A program made the position numbers and the translations under genes. DNA of 46,933 bases from Candidatus Yanofskybacteria bacterium RIFCSPHIGHO2_01_FULL_41_26. Lineage in GTDB: Bacteria; Patescibacteriota; Minisyncoccia; 2-02-FULL-40-12; GWA2-44-9. Below, one piece after another: positions 9,358-17,230 of the stretch. Below the pieces are notes generated by a model that saw nothing but the letters and a program-made list of their open reading frames with translations, made no database searches and was not told the DNA's origin. Each line of letters begins with the position of its first letter. Positions within the stretch are counted from its first letter, which is position 1. The stretch covers positions 1 to 46,933 of the forward strand of contig MGJB01000002.1 of NCBI GenBank assembly GCA_001794055.1, read 5' to 3'.

Positions 9358-10638
9358 TTAAAGTCTTAAAATTTTTTTAAAAGGTTCCTCGTCTTCAAAG
9401 GGCCCTATTACCGCAAAATTAAGTTTATTATTTTCAAAAACATCTTTGGCAACTTGATGAACTTCTTCTAAGGTTACCGTCTTTATTTTAGCGAGTTCTT
9501 CCTCCGGGGTCAAAACCTTGTTTTCAAAAAGGATAGGTCCAGCATAGGCGTTGGCGACAGAATCAGAATGCTCAAGACCGAGAGCCGTCGAACCGGAAAT
9601 ATTGTCTTTGGCACGCTGAAGCTCCTCGGCCGTGATTCCTCCATCTTTAATCTTTTTTATTTCGTCCACTATTACCCTGATTGCTTCATGCACCTTTTCA
9701 TTGTTTACCCCCGCTTTAACCATAAAATAACCCGTATCGGTAGCAGTGTCGTTGCCGGCGCCGACGTAATAAGCCAGACCCCGCTTGTCGCGAACTTCTT
9801 CAAATAATCTCGAGCTCATGCCTCCGCCCAAAACAGTTCCCAAAATTCCCAAGGCATATTTGCGATCGTCAAACATATTACAGGAACGAAACCCGAGATG
9901 AAAATGGGTTTGATCTGTTTTTTTATAATGAACAAGAAGTCCCGGTTCAGATTGTTTTTCCAAAACTGGCAGCTTGGTCACTAAGTGGCCGTCTCTTATG
10001 GTGGCAAAATATTCTCCGGCTTTATTTTTAACAATTTCCGGATCAATATTGCCGGCGACAGCGATAATTGTGTTTTTGGCAACATAATGGGTGTTAAAAT
10101 AATTTACAAACTGCTCTCTTTTCAGGGACATGACGGTTTCTTTTTCTCCACCGATATCCCAACCGGCTGGCTGGTCGCCATAGAGAAGTTTTTCAAATAG
10201 ATCACCGATATAGCGTTGAGGCATATCACGGTACATATTCAACTCCTCAACAATCACTCCCCTTTCGGTATCGATATCTTCTTGGGCCAATTTTGAGTTC
10301 AAGAAGATATCAAACACTACATCCATTACCGTATCCAATTTTTCCATACTGGCTTTAGCGTAGTATCCGGTATATTCTTTTCCTGTGAAAGCGTTATATT
10401 CAGCGCCGATGGCATCAAGCTCTCTGGCGATATCCATTTTGCCGGGCCGTTTGGCGGTACCCTTGAACATCATGTGCTCAAGAAAATGAGAGATGCCATT
10501 TATTTCTTTGGTTTCATATTTTGAACCGGTCCCGACCAAAACCAAAACCGTCACGGTTCGAGTGCCTTCCATAGGAATCGAAATCAGCCGGAGTCCGGAA
10601 TCAAACTGATGGAATTGATGTCTAAAACTTTTGGTCAT
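9358..10638 (-). CDS. M16 (pitrilysin-like) zinc peptidase
   Basis: GISHFLEHMMFKGT (HxxEH), YNAFT, GGGMSSRLFEEVRDKRGLAY. Confidence 0.95.
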   Translation of the reverse strand: MTKSFRHQFHQFDSGLRLISIPMEGTRTVTVLVLVGTGSKYETKEINGISHFLEHMMFKGTAKRPGKMDIARELDAIGAEYNAFTGKEYTGYYAKASMEKLDTVMDVVFDIFLNSKLAQEDIDTERGVIVEELNMYRDMPQRYIGDLFEKLLYGDQPAGWDIGGEKETVMSLKREQFVNYFNTHYVAKNTIIAVAGNIDPEIVKNKAGEYFATIRDGHLVTKLPVLEKQSEPGLLVHYKKTDQTHFHLGFRSCNMFDDRKYALGILGTVLGGGMSSRLFEEVRDKRGLAYYVGAGNDTATDTGYFMVKAGVNNEKVHEAIRVIVDEIKKIKDGGITAEELQRAKDNISGSTALGLEHSDSVANAYAGPILFENKVLTPEEELAKIKTVTLEEVHQVAKDVFENNKLNFAVIGPFEDEEPFKKILRL

Positions 10639-10643
10639 AATTT

Positions 10644-10717
10644 TGGTGCCGGCGGATGGAATCGGACCATCGTCTAAGGCTTATGAGTCCTTCGTTCTAC
10701 CATTGAACTACGCCGGC
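10644..10717 (-). tRNA. tRNA with CAT anticodon (elongator Met, or Ile2)
   Basis: GCCGGCG acceptor stem, loop CTCATAA, T arm GATGG-TCCGATT-CCATC, encoded CCA. Confidence 0.9.
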
Positions 10718-10789
10718 GGAGCAAAATATTTATTCTTACTATACATTAAAAACACATCTTTAACAATAAAAACGCGGCTACACGCCGCA

Positions 10790-11116
10790 CTATTTATTAT
10801 AAACACTACCGAGCAATTTAACCTTGATGATACGGAGATTTTTATGGGCCACATCATTGGACGGGCATCTTTCTGCCGAACACAGAGCACAAATATCTTT
10901 TTGACTCACTCTCTTGGCCTCTATCATTTCAGGGCTAAGCATGAAAACCATCCGCAAATCCAGAGTGTTCCACATTTTAAGAAAGCACCCATCTGGCATA
11001 ATTGAAAATATCATTACTCGAAGTGTGCGGTATTCCTTTTTTACCAAATCCATTGCTTCTTCGGGATTAAAGAGGTTAAAAATTAAACAATTTTTAAAAA
11101 TCTTTCGGGCATTCAT
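10790..11116 (-). CDS. Hypothetical protein with a Cys cluster (stand-alone unit)
   Basis: 108-aa ORF, promoter TTGACA-17-TATTAT (11176-11148), AAAGG SD, CxxCxxxxC motif, downstream GCGGC/GCCGC hairpin. Confidence 0.65.
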   Translation of the reverse strand: MNARKIFKNCLIFNLFNPEEAMDLVKKEYRTLRVMIFSIMPDGCFLKMWNTLDLRMVFMLSPEMIEAKRVSQKDICALCSAERCPSNDVAHKNLRIIKVKLLGSVYNK

Positions 11117-11168
11117 AAAAACCTTTTTAATTCAAGGGACTGGTCAGATAATACAACTAAAAAATTGA

Positions 11169-11375
11169 GGTGTCAAGGACAGATATTTCACAAAGAGCAT
11201 TTCAGTGGCAATCGGAATTATCCTCATCTGGCGGGGCGTATGGATTTTATTAGACATGATAGATAGCTGGATTTTTGGCGGCAATCATATAGTTACAGCC
11301 GTCGGAGGAATTGTTGTCGGTATTCTCATGCTTTGTTTACCAGAAAAAAACCTCGAAGCTCTCGAGAGACTATAA
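11169..11375 (+). pseudogene. 5'-truncated small membrane protein
   Basis: Open frame ..KDRYFTKSISVAIGIILIWRGVWILLD...LPEKNLEALERL*. An in-frame TGA lies immediately upstream, at the -35 box of the divergent neighbour. The GTG at 11205 could give an intact 56-aa product. Confidence 0.55.
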
Positions 11376-11516
11376 ACAAAAACATCCCTGAAATGGGGTG
11401 TTTTTGTTTATGAATGTTGCGGGGAAACGAAGATGTTAAAACTTGTAAGAAGGTCGTTGAGCAGGTATTTAGATATTATTTAGACAAATAAAAAGCCGAC
11501 TAAGTCGGCGAAAAGA

Positions 11517-11924
11517 TTACTGAAGACAAGGAGCAGGAACTCCAATATCATCTGCGGAATTAGAGCCTGCTAGACGATTGGGGTCAAACTCTTTATTGCT
11601 CTTATCTTTTACATCCCTAACCACGAAACTGATTTTTGTTCCTACGCAAATTCGTGGGACAAGAATAATTCTAGAAATTTTATAACCCTCTCTGATGTCT
11701 AGTGTGTATATATCGTTGTTCACTCTGACCATGTATACCAGAGAGGGTTCAGCTAGCCTAACTGACTCATTTCCGAATAAGGCACCCGACGATTCAACCA
11801 ATGAGGGTAGAGTACCTGAAACCTTGACGACTTCTCCTTCTATGCGTTTTGTTTTGTCCGCACATCCAGAAGCAAATATCAATGAAGTGAGAAGTGTTAC
11901 GGTGAGAACAGGGGTATTCTTCAA
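11517..11924 (-). CDS. Putative lipoprotein (stand-alone unit)
   Basis: Signal peptide ending FASG-C, AGGAGAGG SD, promoter TTGCTT-17-TACCAT, terminator GCCGAC/GTCGGC. Confidence 0.75.
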   Translation of the reverse strand: MKNTPVLTVTLLTSLIFASGCADKTKRIEGEVVKVSGTLPSLVESSGALFGNESVRLAEPSLVYMVRVNNDIYTLDIREGYKISRIILVPRICVGTKISFVVRDVKDKSNKEFDPNRLAGSNSADDIGVPAPCLQ

Positions 11925-12100
11925 TTTCCTCTCCTTTTTGAACGAACTTTAACTGTCAAATATGGTAACACATGTTTTAGTATAAAGCAAGTAGTTGTTG
12001 CAGAGCTCGGACGCAGTTGGCAACAATTACTTTTGAATATCAAAGAGATTTATGTTTTTGCTTCGGTATAAAAATGATGAAGCCCACCTTGTGAGTGGGC

Positions 12101-12386
12101 TTAGAGCTTCGCGTCCATCTCCATCAGTCCTTGGAGTTCAGTGAGACCGGATCTGATGTAGGTGGTGAGAACTTCGTGAAGCGGGATTGTCGGTGTCGGT
12201 TCAGCGATGGATGCCTTGTCGTTGATGTGCACGAGCAAGCCGGCGTCGATGGCGAAGTCCCGAGCACCGGGGAAATAGAGGGGCGACCATCGTCCGCACT
12301 TCAGCGAAGAAGGCCTTGAAGGCCTCCTCGAAGGTGAGGTGTTCCGAAATGTCTTTCGTCACGAAAACCTTGAACAGTGTTTTCAC
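12101..12386 (-). pseudogene. Frameshifted or internally deleted GC-rich hypothetical gene
   Basis: Promoter TTGCAA-17-TATAAT and AAGGAG SD precede MKTLFKVF...RTMVA. A protein-like reading continues in another frame (PLYFPGARDFAIDAGLLV...MDAKL*) to a stop at 12101, followed by a hairpin. Confidence 0.6.
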
Positions 12387-12606
12387 AGTTGACTCCTTCC
12401 CACTTGAGGCAGTAGGCGCCTTGAGAACTGTAGCGATATTATATCACGACTTTAATATTCTTGCAAGAGCAACCAAAAACAGCCACTTCTGATTGTTTTT
12501 GGTAAGATGCCAACCAAGTCCTACTTCTGGGAAATCTGTTGTGAGGGTGGGATTCGGCTACAAGTTGTAATTTTTCTAAAAAATGATAGGCTAATTGTTG
12601 GTTGAT

Positions 12607-12901
12607 CGCGGGGTAGAGCAGCGGCAGCTCGTCAGGCTCATAAGAAATTGTGACCTATCATAGAAATGTGGTATGGAAAAACTTTCGAAATTGCCGGAAA
12701 CCCGATTGTCTTGCAAAAGACGTAGGGCAATCAGCAGCGAAATCTTTTGATAAACAAAAGAGACGTTCAGAGACTATAATGGAAGCATCCCTCCCCAGTT
12801 TTCCCAAACTGGGGAGGGATGATGGGATAGTCCGACACTGTCAGTAATGGCAGCAAACAGCCAGAACCTGAAGGTCGTGGGTTCGAATCCCACCCCCGCA
12901 A
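12607..12901 (+). tRNA. Initiator tRNA-fMet(CAT), split: exons 12607-12641 and 12865-12901
   Basis: Joined exons give CGCGGGGTAGAGCAGCGGCAGCTCGTCAGGCTCAT/AACCTGAAGGTCGTGGGTTCGAATCCCACCCCCGCAA. The C1:A72 mismatch is typical of initiators. Confidence 0.95.
12642..12864 (+). ncRNA. Group I self-splicing intron (223 nt) in the tRNA-fMet anticodon loop
   Basis: Follows a U and ends in G. Guide GTGA pairs with exon TCAT. Core elements: P AAATTGCCGGAAAC, Q AATCAGCAGC, R GTTCAGAGACTA, S GATAGTCC. Confidence 0.93.
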
Positions 12902-13011
12902 CATGAAAAATAATCCACATTAAATGTGGATTATTTGTTGGAACAGTATTGCGGTCTAGAATTCTTTGTGATATTTTCTTGTCAGTAAATTAAAGTCTAA
13001 AGGAGTTGTAA

Positions 13012-13374
13012 ATGAGTGAGATATCACATCCTGTGTTTAGTTACTATGACCAGGAATTAGTTTGCGAATGTGGTCATCCAAGAAAATATCATAATGATAT
13101 GGGGCTATCGGAAAATCTGATAGTGGGGACGAATTGTAATGCTTGTAGATGTCGAGAATTCAAACAATCTATTGAAAATCCCCAGAATGAAATTATTAGA
13201 CTTCGGAAAGAAATCGAGGTTCGTAAAAAGAAAGCGGAAAGTGTGGTTATTGAAATAGATAATGAATTAAATCAATTACGGAAAAAATGTGAGCATCCGA
13301 ATCAAAAATCACAGCAGGAACATGATTTTACTGCTTACTGGTGCGATGACTGTGGTAAAAATTGGTCGCGCTAA
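13012..13374 (+). CDS. Cys/His-rich putative zinc-binding protein with a central coiled coil (stand-alone unit)
   Basis: CECGH..H, CNACRC, charged helix, CEH..CDDC. AAGGAG SD, TTGCGG-17-TATTTT promoter, terminator AACCTGT/ACAGGTTTTT. Confidence 0.75.
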   Translation: MSEISHPVFSYYDQELVCECGHPRKYHNDMGLSENLIVGTNCNACRCREFKQSIENPQNEIIRLRKEIEVRKKKAESVVIEIDNELNQLRKKCEHPNQKSQQEHDFTAYWCDDCGKNWSR

Positions 13375-13413
13375 ACCTGTCTTAATCAACAGGTTTTTAA
13401 TTAGAATTTATTA

Positions 13414-13890
13414 CTACTGTAAAATTGTAGCCTGAAGCAAAATTTTTCCGACGTTTCCCGAAGAGCCACAAGTCACGACTAATTCTTTAGGCAAGCTTGA
13501 GCTTGATAGAGTAACTATTTTATAATCGTAAGCACCCAGATCATATTTTATTCCGCCGACCACCACTGTTCTTATGCTTGCCGATCGGTTATCTAACATA
13601 ACAACAGTCCCGTTTTTATAAGTAGGGTTTTGAGGAGTTACTTGGCAACGATCATCAAATTGTATTCTTCTGCCTTCGTATTCTTTGACAGCATCGGAAT
13701 AGCTTTTGGCAGCAACGGGGGCAGTGATTTTCTTAACCGCTGGCTTAGCTACTGTTTTCGCGGTAGGGCTTGGACTTGAACTTGCCGGATTTTGAGTTTC
13801 ATAACCCGGTAAACTAGTCTTGTTTGAGTATGCCCACCATGCTCCGATTACTAGTATCACGACCAACACGAACCACCATATTTTTTTCAC
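13414..13890 (-). CDS. Membrane-anchored or secreted hypothetical protein
   Basis: N-terminal TM helix, S/P/T/K linker, small beta-rich domain with two Cys. Confidence 0.8.
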   Translation of the reverse strand: MKKIWWFVLVVILVIGAWWAYSNKTSLPGYETQNPASSSPSPTAKTVAKPAVKKITAPVAAKSYSDAVKEYEGRRIQFDDRCQVTPQNPTYKNGTVVMLDNRSASIRTVVVGGIKYDLGAYDYKIVTLSSSSLPKELVVTCGSSGNVGKILLQATILQ

Positions 13891-14063
13891 TTTATATTTT
13901 TCTAATCATTGGTCGTTTTATTGGCCAATAGATTGAACTTTAATTTATTAAAGTAAGTATACCAAATAAAAAATGCATTGGTTATGTAGGATATCCACAT
14001 GGGGATGATGCGGAATTAGTTAATTATGCTATTTTAGGACAAAAGTTTTAAAGGACTTTAACA

Positions 14064-14963
14064 ATGCGCAATTGCATCCGATTGGCGACAACTGTCTTTT
14101 TTTTCTTGTTCCAGCCCCTGGCTGGCGCTCAAGCTCAAAGTTTTAGAGCGTTAGAATCAAAAGTTGAACAAGGCGGTGTTTTGATTATCAAAATTGCTCC
14201 GCAATGGCAGAGTCCGGCGGTATTTAATCCGGCGATATCTCTTTTTGGCAACCAGTATTTGCCGAATAAATACGGCGAGGTTTTTGTCGGTGTGGATGTC
14301 AGCACCAAACCAGGTGAATACGTCGCCATTCTTATTGAGTATGGCCGTGGGCTCCAACTTAACAACGATCAGGAAATATTGAAAATTGTCGAGAGAAGTT
14401 TTTATACGAGGAAAAGATCGCCGTTTATTCCTACTGGAAAATGGGAGCAAGAGCGTAAAGTTATCCGTGCGGCTTTTGATAAAGGCGATTACTTTGAGAA
14501 GTATTTTGACAGAGAATTTATAAACCCAATGGATAAACTGGTGATTGACCGAAACAGAACAATAGGAGAAGAGTCTAGTCCGTTCGGAAAAGGACACAAT
14601 GGAGTTGATCTGATCACTCTTGATCCCGGCACGGGAAAACACAAAAGGCCGGTTAAAGCAGTAAATTCAGGCAAGGTTGCGCTGATAGCAAAAAACTATT
14701 CTATCGAAGGTAATATGGTGATTATAGACCATGGTTCGGGGATATTTTCTGGATATATGCACCTGTCCGGATTTTCCGTATCGAGAGTTGGCCAAATGGT
14801 CAATAAAAACGAAATTATTGCAATGTCTGGCGATACTGGTAATGCCAAAAAAGGAGGTCCGCATTTGCACTTTTTCGTTAAAGTAAGAACCAAAGATGGC
14901 TCAAGCGACGTCTACGTTGACCCGCTGGCCTTTTTTGATACAATGAATTCAGTACTTAGATGA
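14064..14963 (+). CDS. Secreted M23 family metallopeptidase
   Basis: Signal peptide, HNGVD (HxxxD), IDHG, YMHL, SGDTG, GPHLHF (HxH). Confidence 0.9.
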   Translation: MRNCIRLATTVFFFLFQPLAGAQAQSFRALESKVEQGGVLIIKIAPQWQSPAVFNPAISLFGNQYLPNKYGEVFVGVDVSTKPGEYVAILIEYGRGLQLNNDQEILKIVERSFYTRKRSPFIPTGKWEQERKVIRAAFDKGDYFEKYFDREFINPMDKLVIDRNRTIGEESSPFGKGHNGVDLITLDPGTGKHKRPVKAVNSGKVALIAKNYSIEGNMVIIDHGSGIFSGYMHLSGFSVSRVGQMVNKNEIIAMSGDTGNAKKGGPHLHFFVKVRTKDGSSDVYVDPLAFFDTMNSVLR

Positions 14964-14975
14964 AGGGGAAAAATA

Positions 14976-15194
14976 ATGTTTAAAAATACTGGCACATTGT
15001 GCATTGTTTGTAAGTTGGGCGAGCTTATCCAAAATGCTTACGAAGATTTTCATTGCAATACTTGCGGACTGAAATATAAGTTTTTGCCGGCCAGAACACT
15101 ATTACCCCCCGAATCTAATGATTCCATGGTTCAAATGCAGCCGGGAATATGTGTGGTAAAAAAGTCAACATCAATTTTTTCGAAAGACCGATGA
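14976..15194 (+). CDS. Small zinc-ribbon-like protein
   Basis: CIVC...CNTC motif, AGGGG SD, directly downstream of the M23 gene. Confidence 0.55.
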   Translation: MFKNTGTLCIVCKLGELIQNAYEDFHCNTCGLKYKFLPARTLLPPESNDSMVQMQPGICVVKKSTSIFSKDR

Positions 15195-15196
15195 TT

Positions 15197-16111
15197 TCAT
15201 CGGTTTTTATTGTGAAATTTTTTATGTATTTCCCTCAATTGTTTATCTGTTACATGAGTATAGATTTGAGTCGTTGTAACCGAAGAGTGGCCTAGCATTG
15301 ATTGAACGGAACGAATGTCGGCGCCGTTGCGCAAGAGATCAGTGGCGTAGCTGTGGCGAAGTGTATGGGGCGATACATTTTTTCCGACAATTCCGGCTTT
15401 GGTGGCGTGTTTTTCTACGATTCTCTGGATACTGCGGGGGGTGAGCCGTAAGTTAGAATTTTTGGAAAATATGTTGGTTTTAGGAATTCGGATAAACAAT
15501 GCCTCATCTATATCCGATCTTTTATCTAGATATTTATTTATATTCCCCTTAGCTTCATCAGATAAAAATACCACTCTAATCTTGCTTCCCTTTCCCCGAA
15601 TGCTTAGTTCTCCTCGTGTCGTGTCTATTTTATCTCTATCCAACGAGCAAAGCTCTGATACGCGCATACCGGTGCTGAACAAGGTGCCAAGAATTGCCCT
15701 GTCTCTTAAGACATCCAAGCTGTCTCCTTTTGGGGACTTAAGAAGTCGTTCCAATTCATCCGTTTCGAGAAATGTAACCTCTCTCTCTTCTTGTTTTCCC
15801 AGCTCAACTTTTTCGGCAGAGACGGATTTAATATCTCTTTTCGCTAAATACTTTAAGAAACTTCTCAAGGCGATGATGTGATAGTTTTGGGTGACTTTCT
15901 TGAGCGGATTACCCTCACTGTCTTTGAGGCGGTTTAAATAAAGCCGATACTGCCTTATCAGGTCTTCGGTGATGCCTGACGGGCCGGAAACTTTAGCAAA
16001 TTGCAAAAATCTATCCAAATATCGGCCATAATTTTCCATAGTTTTTGGCGAACGGTTCTTCTCTATTTCCAGATGCTCAAGATACTGAATTTTTAGGTCT
16101 TTCAGGTCCAT
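15197..16111 (-). CDS. Xer-type tyrosine recombinase
   Basis: N-terminal SAM-like domain; RDRAIL..TGMRVSEL, GKGSK, HTLRHSYAT, LGHSSVTTTQIYTH (R-K-H-R-H-Y catalytic set). Confidence 0.93.
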   Translation of the reverse strand: MDLKDLKIQYLEHLEIEKNRSPKTMENYGRYLDRFLQFAKVSGPSGITEDLIRQYRLYLNRLKDSEGNPLKKVTQNYHIIALRSFLKYLAKRDIKSVSAEKVELGKQEEREVTFLETDELERLLKSPKGDSLDVLRDRAILGTLFSTGMRVSELCSLDRDKIDTTRGELSIRGKGSKIRVVFLSDEAKGNINKYLDKRSDIDEALFIRIPKTNIFSKNSNLRLTPRSIQRIVEKHATKAGIVGKNVSPHTLRHSYATDLLRNGADIRSVQSMLGHSSVTTTQIYTHVTDKQLREIHKKFHNKNR

Positions 16112-16201
16112 TGTCTTGATTATAAATCTTTGTGTCGCAAAATGTAAGTTGATTTGCAGGTAAATTATATTTGTGCTAATATGTCAAAGTAATATTGGAA
16201 C

Positions 16202-16468
16202 ATGTTGACCCCAAAAGAAAAATTAAAAGTTATAGAAAAAGTTAAGATCCATGATAAGGATACGGGTTCTGCCGAGGCGCAAATTGCTTTGTTTACTGAG
16301 GAAATTGAACAACTTGCCAAGCATCTCAAAAAACATGGCAAAGATAACTCATCTCGCCTCGGGTTGTTAAAAATGGTTTCCAAGAGAAAACGACTTTTGG
16401 ATTATCTCAAAAGAGAAGCCCCCAAAAGACATGCTTCAGTTGTTAAAAAACTCGGTTTAGATAAGTAA
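16202..16468 (+). CDS. rpsO: 30S ribosomal protein S15
   Basis: DTGSAEAQIAL, HLKKHGKDNSSRLGLLKMVSKRKRLLDYL. Confidence 0.97.
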   Translation: MLTPKEKLKVIEKVKIHDKDTGSAEAQIALFTEEIEQLAKHLKKHGKDNSSRLGLLKMVSKRKRLLDYLKREAPKRHASVVKKLGLDK

Positions 16469-16499
16469 TCTACAGGTCTTGCCTGTAGGTAAAGATTTT

Positions 16500-17015
16500 A
16501 TGTCTCATAAAATTACTGTACCCCAAAGAAAGAACCACCGAATCGGTGTTTTTGTTGACGTTTCAAACATGTATCATTCGGCTAAAAATCTCTACAAATC
16601 GCGGGTCAATTTCCGTGAACTTTTAAAGTTGGCGACTGCCAATAGACAATTGGTCAGGGCCATTGCTTATGTCATCAAGTCTGACACGAAAGAAGAAAAA
16701 GCATTTTTTGATGCTTTGGAAAAAGCCGGTTATGAATTGAAAAGCAAGGACCTTCAAGTGTTTCCGGGAGGCATGAAAAAGGGCGACTGGGATGTGGCAA
16801 TTGCGATTGATGCCGTTACTCTTTCCAAGCTCGTTGACGTTGTAGTACTCGTTTCGGGAGATGGCGACTATGAGCCGTTGGTTGAATTTCTTAAGTTCAA
16901 CGGGACAATTGTTGAAGTGGCCGGATTTAAAAGAAGCACCAGTTCAAAGTTAATAGATGTCGCCAATAATTTTACAGATTTAGAAGAATTGAAAGAAAAG
17001 ATATTGCTCAAATAA
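16500..17015 (+). CDS. NYN-domain (LabA/DUF88, PIN-like) protein, putative RNase
   Basis: VFVDVSN, KGDWDVAIAID, LVSGDGDY, LIDVANNF. Start taken at ATG 16500. Confidence 0.92.
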   Translation: MSHKITVPQRKNHRIGVFVDVSNMYHSAKNLYKSRVNFRELLKLATANRQLVRAIAYVIKSDTKEEKAFFDALEKAGYELKSKDLQVFPGGMKKGDWDVAIAIDAVTLSKLVDVVVLVSGDGDYEPLVEFLKFNGTIVEVAGFKRSTSSKLIDVANNFTDLEELKEKILLK

Positions 17016-17041
17016 AAATCCAGCGGAAGGCTGGATTTTTT
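17014..17041 (+). terminator. Intrinsic terminator after rpsO-NYN
   Basis: AAAAATCCAGC-GGAAG-GCTGGATTTTT. Confidence 0.75.
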
Positions 17042-17077
17042 AAAAGAGTTGTGGTACGTTCACCATAGAGTTAATTA

Positions 17078-17225
17078 ACAACCAGCAAAGGCATCAAAAA
17101 CCAATACTAATGGGGCTTGCAATATTGGCCAAAGGAAATATCGAAATACCTGCCTGTCCGGCAGGCGGGTCGACATGTCGAAATATCTTTTGGCCAGAAT
17201 TGTTTTTTACTCTTTTGTTGGTATT
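17078..17225 (+). promoter_or_regulatory. Long stem-loop in the pnp 5' leader
   Basis: ACCAGCAAAG/CTTTTGTTGGT outer stem, TGGCCAAAGG/CTTTTGGCCA inner stem, apical palindrome CCTGCCTGTCCGGCAGGCGGG. Confidence 0.55.
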
Positions 17226-17230
17226 TAGTC

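Noticed and set aside
11414-11424. 11-bp match (CCCCGCAACAT) to the tRNA-fMet 3' end as a possible att site
   Set aside because: It is inverted and upstream of the tRNA, and too short to be distinguished from chance; att duplications are direct repeats.
12650-12847. 65-aa ORF in the tRNA intron
   Set aside because: Spans conserved ribozyme elements and has no endonuclease motif.
10790-16111. Prophage or integrative element defined by tRNAs plus a tyrosine recombinase
   Set aside because: The recombinase looks like a chromosomal Xer. No phage, conjugation or replication genes and no direct att repeat were seen.
17117-17230. N-terminal extension of PNPase in the ORF track (similar extensions on rsmI, yraN, holA, spoVR, yeaH, prkA and the glycosyltransferase)
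   Set aside because: Upstream in-frame starts run through leader structures or neighbouring genes; family-like sequence begins at the downstream starts used here.
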